This document shows positions 58,525-64,000 of a DNA stretch of 64,000 nucleotides, in pieces. The position numbers and the translations under genes are program-made. How positions within the stretch are numbered: position 1 is the stretch's first letter; each line of letters begins with the position of its first letter. The DNA is from a virus, in IMG/VR virus record IMGVR_UViG_3300005673_000003, positions 32,001 to 96,000 of that record. One strand, 5' to 3'. The notes below the pieces were generated by a model that was not told the origin of the DNA, searched no databases, and saw only the letters and a program-made list of their open reading frames with translations.

Positions 58525-59400
58525 ATGAGCGAAAAAACCGCGATCCAATGGGCGAGGCACACATACAATCACTGGATTGGGTGCGCTAAAATCTCTGAGG
58601 CTTGCAGCGATTGCTACGCAATCAACTCAACCCCTGTGCGAGTATTTGGTATCCAGTGGGGAACAGGGAAGCCTCGCTATTTAACAAGCGAGGAAAACCG
58701 GAAAAAGCCCTTAACTTGGAACCGAGTAGCTGAAGGGGTGGAGGAGCCAGTTCGAGTTTTTGGAAATAGCTTGAACGATTGGCTTGACGAGGAGGTTGAT
58801 CCTTGCTGGTTAAGCCAATACCTTATGCTCATCCATCGCTGCCGGAATTTAATCTGGATGCTCTTATCTAAAAGGCCGGAGAATTGGAGAGATAGGATCG
58901 AAAAGGCTCTTAGATGCCTGGAGGCTGAAAAGGATGATCCAGAAAAAGAAACCGAGCATCATGCTGGCACGATCGCTATGTTAAAACGCTGGCTGCAAGG
59001 CACCGCTCCGGGGCATATCTGGGTAGGTTCTACCACCGAGAATCAGCGCTGGGCAGATGAGCGGATCCCGGCATTAATGCAAATTCCAGCCGCTATCCGC
59101 TTTCTGTCTGTAGAGCCGATGTACGGGCCGTTGCAGATTCAAAGCTACCTAAAAACTGGATTGATCCATTGGGTGATCTGTGGAGGCGAGTCGAAGCAGA
59201 AGCGGAGCGAGGCTCAACCCTTTATCATTGGTGATGCTCAAAGTTTGATGAGCCAGTGCCGAGATGCTGGGGTGAGCTTCTTCTTCAAGCAATTCGGCTC
59301 CAATCCGATTGGCTTGGATTACAAGCTGAAGGATAAAAAAGGCGGCAATATCGTTGAATTCCCGGAGGAATTCCAGGTGCAGGAATTCCCAATTAGCTGA
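58525..59400 (+). CDS. DUF5131 / phage Gp37-Gp68 family protein
   Basis: TAIQW...GCAKISEACSDCYA...LSKRP...RFLSVEP...WVICGGES...FFFKQ. Confidence 0.92.
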   Translation: MSEKTAIQWARHTYNHWIGCAKISEACSDCYAINSTPVRVFGIQWGTGKPRYLTSEENRKKPLTWNRVAEGVEEPVRVFGNSLNDWLDEEVDPCWLSQYLMLIHRCRNLIWMLLSKRPENWRDRIEKALRCLEAEKDDPEKETEHHAGTIAMLKRWLQGTAPGHIWVGSTTENQRWADERIPALMQIPAAIRFLSVEPMYGPLQIQSYLKTGLIHWVICGGESKQKRSEAQPFIIGDAQSLMSQCRDAGVSFFFKQFGSNPIGLDYKLKDKKGGNIVEFPEEFQVQEFPIS

Positions 59401-59421
59401 ATAATTGATTGATTTTTGAGA

Positions 59422-59835
59422 TCACGGTTGAGGAGTTTGCCAAAGCACTTTCCCGACCGTGATTTTTGTATCTTTGGTGATTGGCGTGTAGGGTGATCCG
59501 ATTTGCACCTGCAAGGTTGCTGTAGGGTAGCCTGTTTTCTGGTCAATATCCTTCAGTGCTGAATCTAATTTGCTGGCTGGGTCAGAGGGCTTGGATAGCA
59601 GTTTTGTGGTATCGGTAAATGTTGCCAACCATCTCCCTTCGGTTGCAGGAGGCACCGGAGCAATGTAGGTGCATACTACCGGAGGGCAGTAGGTTTTAGA
59701 TTTCGAGTTATCCACCACCGAGGCTCTTACGACTGTATCTGCTCCTACAAGCTGCCCATTGTAAGCAACCCGGATCTTTGGGGTGAACGGCTCCCCAGCG
59801 GCCAGCTCTGGCCTATCGACAGGTTTGAATGTCAT
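59422..59835 (-). CDS. Probable virion structural protein (Ig-like)
   Basis: Beta-rich; last gene of a coupled operon. Confidence 0.5.
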   Translation of the reverse strand: MTFKPVDRPELAAGEPFTPKIRVAYNGQLVGADTVVRASVVDNSKSKTYCPPVVCTYIAPVPPATEGRWLATFTDTTKLLSKPSDPASKLDSALKDIDQKTGYPTATLQVQIGSPYTPITKDTKITVGKVLWQTPQP

Positions 59836-60328
59836 GCGGATCTACCTCTGTACTGTCCTCTAAAACTTCAATCTCAAGCTGAGCTGACTCGATCTCTACG
59901 CTAACCTGATTCGGTAGATACTCCAGCTCAATTTCTGGAGCATCAAATTCTATACCAGCTTCTGCCAAGCTAAATTCCAGTGCTGGCTCGATCGCCTTAT
60001 CCAGCACTACCTCAAAATCATTTTCAGTTGCGACAATCAATTCCTCCTCCTCCTCAAATTCCAGCAATACCTCTGGGGCCGGATCAAACTCAAGCGCGAC
60101 TCCTACCGGAATGAATTCCAAGCTCATTACATCCTGCTCAATCCATACCCCAGGCAGGGATACCTCAAAAATCAGCTCTACAGCGCTCGGAGGGTCGAGG
60201 GTGATAGAAATGCAATCCGGCGTAATAGGAATCCGTCTGGGGAGCAGCAACCCGCGAGTAGCTCTCGCTACTGGCCCCAGCGTTACTCCCCTGGTCGCTC
60301 TTGAGAATGGAGTTCCTTGCCTAATCAT
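59813..60328 (-). CDS. Very acidic hypothetical protein with alternating E/hydrophobic repeats
   Basis: ATRG x2, then (L/I)EF repeats; ATGA overlap. Confidence 0.6.
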   Translation of the reverse strand: MIRQGTPFSRATRGVTLGPVARATRGLLLPRRIPITPDCISITLDPPSAVELIFEVSLPGVWIEQDVMSLEFIPVGVALEFDPAPEVLLEFEEEEELIVATENDFEVVLDKAIEPALEFSLAEAGIEFDAPEIELEYLPNQVSVEIESAQLEIEVLEDSTEVDPHDIQTCR

Positions 60329-60927
60329 CTGGAATTCATCCAGCTACAGAACTGCCCAACCATTTCCCTGTCTAGCATTCCAATCGCCGCATCATTTCTT
60401 AGCATTAAAAGTGCAGAAGCGGGAGTAAGCGGCTGAGCGTATGGACGCTCCCCTACCATTGCGTCAAACATATCAGCCAAGATCAAACACCAATGTTTTG
60501 ATTGCCATTCTAGAGCTTTGCAAAATTCAGGAGGGTAGCCATGCTCATTGCCCTCGTTTTCTATACCTAAAGGCAGGCGGCAATGATGGGAGCGCACCAG
60601 CTCAACAACTTCTGGCTGATTATAGAAATGCAGAAGTAGCAGGTAGCCTTCATCTGGATGAGAGCGAATCTCAAGTAAATCTCGCTCCGTCAAGAAGTCT
60701 TTGATCTTCCAATCCAGATCCCGGTTCATGCAAAGCAACTGGCCGAAATCGTGCAGAATCCCAGCTTCAAACAATGCTCTTTGATCTTCGACTGATAAGC
60801 CGATATGCTTAGCGAAAGCTGCCGCAATCTTGGAAACCCTGCAACAATGAAACCATTTCCACGGACTCCAGCGAAGGAGCTGATATTCTGCAATATCTGA
60901 TACTTCCCGAAAAGAAAGAAGTGTCAT
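60325..60927 (-). CDS. Stand-alone HD-GYP phosphodiesterase
   Basis: HCCRV, LHDFG, HPDEG, HH, GYP, ADMFDAM..ERPY. Confidence 0.88.
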   Translation of the reverse strand: MTLLSFREVSDIAEYQLLRWSPWKWFHCCRVSKIAAAFAKHIGLSVEDQRALFEAGILHDFGQLLCMNRDLDWKIKDFLTERDLLEIRSHPDEGYLLLLHFYNQPEVVELVRSHHCRLPLGIENEGNEHGYPPEFCKALEWQSKHWCLILADMFDAMVGERPYAQPLTPASALLMLRNDAAIGMLDREMVGQFCSWMNSR

Positions 60928-61949
60928 GGTAGGTCGCTCCGGGTAATAGTTGTTTGCATCCCGTCTGATGAAATATTTACCAATAATCGCTTACTCCCTG
61001 CAATCTGCTGAGATTCGTCAGCTATCAGAGATACGCCTGCTTTCATTCCCATGAGCGTGTAAATATCATCCAATTGCATCCCAAGCTGAGAGGCGATGAT
61101 CGCGCTTACGACATTGGCTGGATTCTGCGGAGCTATTACCACTCCTCCCCCAGTAAAAGAAAATTGACTCGAAAATTGATTGATTTCTGATTGTATTATT
61201 CCAATCTGAATGAGAGTAGTATCGACGCTTGAATCGATCAGGCTAATCTGAGTGCTAATCGTTGCTACCTGAGCGATAACGGTAGTGATCATAGAATGAG
61301 CCGATTGAATCTCTGATAAGGCATCGTTTAGGGTTGTTCGATCATTACTATCGAAGCTATTGCTGGCTTGATCTCCTATGTCTGCCATCAATTTGCCAGC
61401 AGTGCCAGCCCCGGTAAACCCAGATGTAGAGCTACTCCAAACAGAATCGGCGATCGCTTGATTTCCGGCTGTCGATAAAGATCTGCCAGAATATCCCCAG
61501 ACTTGCTCCGGCGTTACTCCCCCTCCTCCTCCTTGATTGACAAGGTACGAGGTTTGAATATCTGAAAATTGCGGCTCGATGATGACTGGATTTGATAGCC
61601 CATTTAACTCGTAAATCGGCAAGCCAGCATCTTCCCCGAAGAGATTTGCTCCGCTGAACCGGATGACGTGATGATAATCGGCAGGGACTATCCTCCAATT
61701 CATCCCATTTTGATTCTGCAAGTAAATATCTGCTGTTGCATAGACCTGATTCCCCAAGAGATCGACAAATCGCCTTCCTCCTCCAGACTGCCGGAAAGGG
61801 AATCGATATTTCAGATTATCGGATTCCCCCCACCAAATTTCTCCAGCACTCCACAAATCTCTCAATACATCATAAGTGGCGATTATCGGACTCCCCGGCA
61901 ACGCCTGCTCTGTAATTGTTCGAGTGGGGCCATCAAAAATAAACGGCAT
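60924..61949 (-). CDS. Probable virion structural (tail/fibre-associated) protein
   Basis: FDGPTRTI N-terminus, VW repeats, coiled coil. Confidence 0.55.
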   Translation of the reverse strand: MPFIFDGPTRTITEQALPGSPIIATYDVLRDLWSAGEIWWGESDNLKYRFPFRQSGGGRRFVDLLGNQVYATADIYLQNQNGMNWRIVPADYHHVIRFSGANLFGEDAGLPIYELNGLSNPVIIEPQFSDIQTSYLVNQGGGGGVTPEQVWGYSGRSLSTAGNQAIADSVWSSSTSGFTGAGTAGKLMADIGDQASNSFDSNDRTTLNDALSEIQSAHSMITTVIAQVATISTQISLIDSSVDTTLIQIGIIQSEINQFSSQFSFTGGGVVIAPQNPANVVSAIIASQLGMQLDDIYTLMGMKAGVSLIADESQQIAGSKRLLVNISSDGMQTTITRSDLP

Positions 61950-63568
61950 TAAGCAGCGGCTCTAAATGCGGTGGTTTCCTGTCCTCGAAGCTGGAAGATT
62001 TGAGTCGTGTTGTTATTGATAACAAAAGCATACTCCTGCGGTAGGAGCTGGCCTGGAGCTGATAGAGTCACGATGATTGGAATCGCTGTGTTTGCTGGGT
62101 GGTTAAATTGATTAAATGTCTCAAAGGCAACCGCGAACGACAAGCTAGTATCTCCTGTGATCGTGCCCTCGATTGCCGCGCCAGCGGAATCAAGAATGGA
62201 CGTAATTCCATCAGTATTAAACACCGAGGCGAGATATACAGCAAATTTCGCTGTCCCGGTCAGGTATGGAGCAACCAGGAATTGCAAAGTGAATGCCGCA
62301 ACCCTTGCAAATTTGCGGCCAACCCCTATTGAATCGATAAAGGTGGAATCGTTACGCTCGGAAGCTGGCAGGCCATCGGTGTAACCTCGATACGTTACGT
62401 CAGAGGTACCGATAAACGTGCTGATAGCTGGAGAATGCCCGCCCAGAAGCGTTCCAGAGCCAGCATCAATATCAGTTGCTTGCTGTCTAACCAGCCAGTT
62501 TAATTTGGTGTGAACTTCTTCCTTAGTTGCCCCAGTCCGAGCAATAATCGCATCAAAATCATAGCTATTGCTTTCAATCGTTCGAGCTGCAACCGGAGAA
62601 TGCCGTGTATACGTGATGCTGGTGTAAGGCGCACTAGAAGAGATTGTTGCATCAGAAACCTTTACCGACCCGTCCGCATTCGCTAACACCAAGTCTAATT
62701 GGTCGTTCATGAACAGGGTGTATTTTTTGGCGGTCAGGCTCCCTGTATCCGGCTGCTCAATAAACAGATTGTAGTAGACAACCGTTCGACCCGGCTCTGC
62801 CAGCTTTGCTACGAAGTAACTCCGGCGATCGATGCTGTTCGGCACATCGCGAATCAATACCAATTGATTGATGTACCCCTGCGTTACGAAATCTGCAATC
62901 GTTCCACCCGCAGTTTGCCAGAACCTGGCTTGCCCGGTTCCGGCATAAAAAGCGGGAGAGTTGACGTTCATGTACTCCCTTTCGAGAGCATTTGATTCAC
63001 CATTTCTGACGATTACTGCCCCATCCCTAAGCGCGTTAATTGTATCCTCGTCATGAAGATCCCAGCCGTCAACAAGTTCAATCGTTTCAGCGTCAGGTCT
63101 TCGTTCTGTATACGGGAAAGGATAGGAATCGTAATCGCCAGAATCCCAGAGCGTTTGTAGTTCCGATGTTAATGCGATTTGAGCAACCCCATCTACAAAG
63201 TCGAGTCCAGAGGTTGCAACGAATTGGATCGTCTTTTTAAGCCTTTGGATTGTGCAAGCAAAAGAGGCTCCAGCCGCTTGCGTCGTTAGCACTGCCCCTG
63301 AATTGCTAGGAGAAAAACTGGATATGGTAATTGCTCCCGCTGCAACTGTATCGATCGTGGCGTATCCATTATTCGGGTTAGTCGGATTGGCGAATCGAAT
63401 AATAATTCGATCTCCAACCTCAAAGCCTTTGCTGATAAACTCGTTTGCTGAATCGGAGATAGTACTTGTTGCTGAGTTAATGCTAATCGTCGTTCTCTGA
63501 GTTAGTTCGACGATATTTAATTTTAGGTTGCTGGTATTTAATCCAGACTGATTAGTTATCTTCGGCAT
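61949..63568 (-). CDS. Probable virion structural protein
   Basis: T/S/A/G beta-rich; FISKGFEVGDRIII...NNG motif. Confidence 0.6.
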   Translation of the reverse strand: MPKITNQSGLNTSNLKLNIVELTQRTTISINSATSTISDSANEFISKGFEVGDRIIIRFANPTNPNNGYATIDTVAAGAITISSFSPSNSGAVLTTQAAGASFACTIQRLKKTIQFVATSGLDFVDGVAQIALTSELQTLWDSGDYDSYPFPYTERRPDAETIELVDGWDLHDEDTINALRDGAVIVRNGESNALEREYMNVNSPAFYAGTGQARFWQTAGGTIADFVTQGYINQLVLIRDVPNSIDRRSYFVAKLAEPGRTVVYYNLFIEQPDTGSLTAKKYTLFMNDQLDLVLANADGSVKVSDATISSSAPYTSITYTRHSPVAARTIESNSYDFDAIIARTGATKEEVHTKLNWLVRQQATDIDAGSGTLLGGHSPAISTFIGTSDVTYRGYTDGLPASERNDSTFIDSIGVGRKFARVAAFTLQFLVAPYLTGTAKFAVYLASVFNTDGITSILDSAGAAIEGTITGDTSLSFAVAFETFNQFNHPANTAIPIIVTLSAPGQLLPQEYAFVINNNTTQIFQLRGQETTAFRAAA

Positions 63569-63770
63569 TATCAGTAACCTCCTTCGATAAAATTAGTGAC
63601 ATTGACGTTCCTGAAACTCTTATTAACCCGTCCTCGATAGAAATTTGAGTTGGTACAAATCCAGTGATTTTACCTCCTCTCCTCAAGATCAAAAAACGGT
63701 GAATCATCGGATCTTCGCAGATTGCTCCATTTGCTAGATCGTTTGTTGAGCGAATGACGATATACTTCAT
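63552..63770 (-). CDS. Small hypothetical protein
   Basis: ATGA overlap with the upstream gene; GAGG RBS. Confidence 0.55.
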   Translation of the reverse strand: MKYIVIRSTNDLANGAICEDPMIHRFLILRRGGKITGFVPTQISIEDGLIRVSGTSMSLILSKEVTDNAEDN

Positions 63771-64000
63771 ACCTCGCTCCTCCAAGCTGTTGACTCTGGC
63801 TGCTCAACGCTAATAAACTGATCTACGCTTCTCAGTAAAAAAGACCTGTTTCGATAGGGTTGATACCCTTCTTTGTTGATTAAAATATCAACTTTTTGAT
63901 CGTAGCCAGGGTAAGGATAAGAATAGCTTTCGGTTGTACCAGTGCTTGATACCTTGTAGATAACTGTGGATACTCCAGATAAGCGTATTGTAAGCTCAGA
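63767..64000 (-). CDS. 3' end of a probable structural gene (partial)
   Basis: Open minus frame ...SELTIRLSGVSTVIYKVSSTG...WRSEV*. Confidence 0.6.
   Translation of the reverse strand, partial: SELTIRLSGVSTVIYKVSSTGTTESYSYPYPGYDQKVDILINKEGYQPYRNRSFLLRSVDQFISVEQPESTAWRSEV

Larger units (their letters stand above)
194..61186. repeat. Dispersed palindromic motif AATYRATYRATT (about 55 copies)
   Basis: Examples at 194, 4550, 4810, 8152, 16625, 17284, 27310, 39671, 43764, 56069 and 59403. Confidence 0.92.

Noticed and set aside
1-64000. tRNA, rRNA, reverse transcriptase/DGR, integrase
   Set aside because: No recognisable signatures were found by eye. A covariance-model or HMM scan could still find something.

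Overview
This window is a 64 kb slice of a large contractile-tailed (myovirus-like) temperate phage, most likely a phage-plasmid. The host is probably a cyanobacterium, judged by frequent HIP1 GCGATCGC sites and cyanobacterial-style IS605 ends. Virion genes are scattered among other modules rather than clustered: tape measure, hub with M15 peptidase, sheath, tube, neck, and probable baseplate/fibre genes. Plasmid maintenance is shown by ParA, a ParG-like RHH protein and octamer arrays. Replication is shown by a lambda-O-like initiator with internal iterons, DnaB and a phased GATC array. There is a divergent HTH switch, an early region with five near-identical sigma70 promoters, and a membrane FtsK-like ATPase cluster. 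Two non-autonomous OMEGA elements (TnpB and IsrB) are present, and an HD-GYP gene is coupled into a structural operon. The most striking unexplained signal is a degenerate palindrome, AATYRATYRATT. I count about 55 copies by eye. It sits before ribosome-binding sites, over stop codons and inside proteins, and I see none in the two IS insertions. No integrase, terminase, capsid, CRISPR array or tRNA was recognised. All protein calls are motif recognition by eye, with no database searches.
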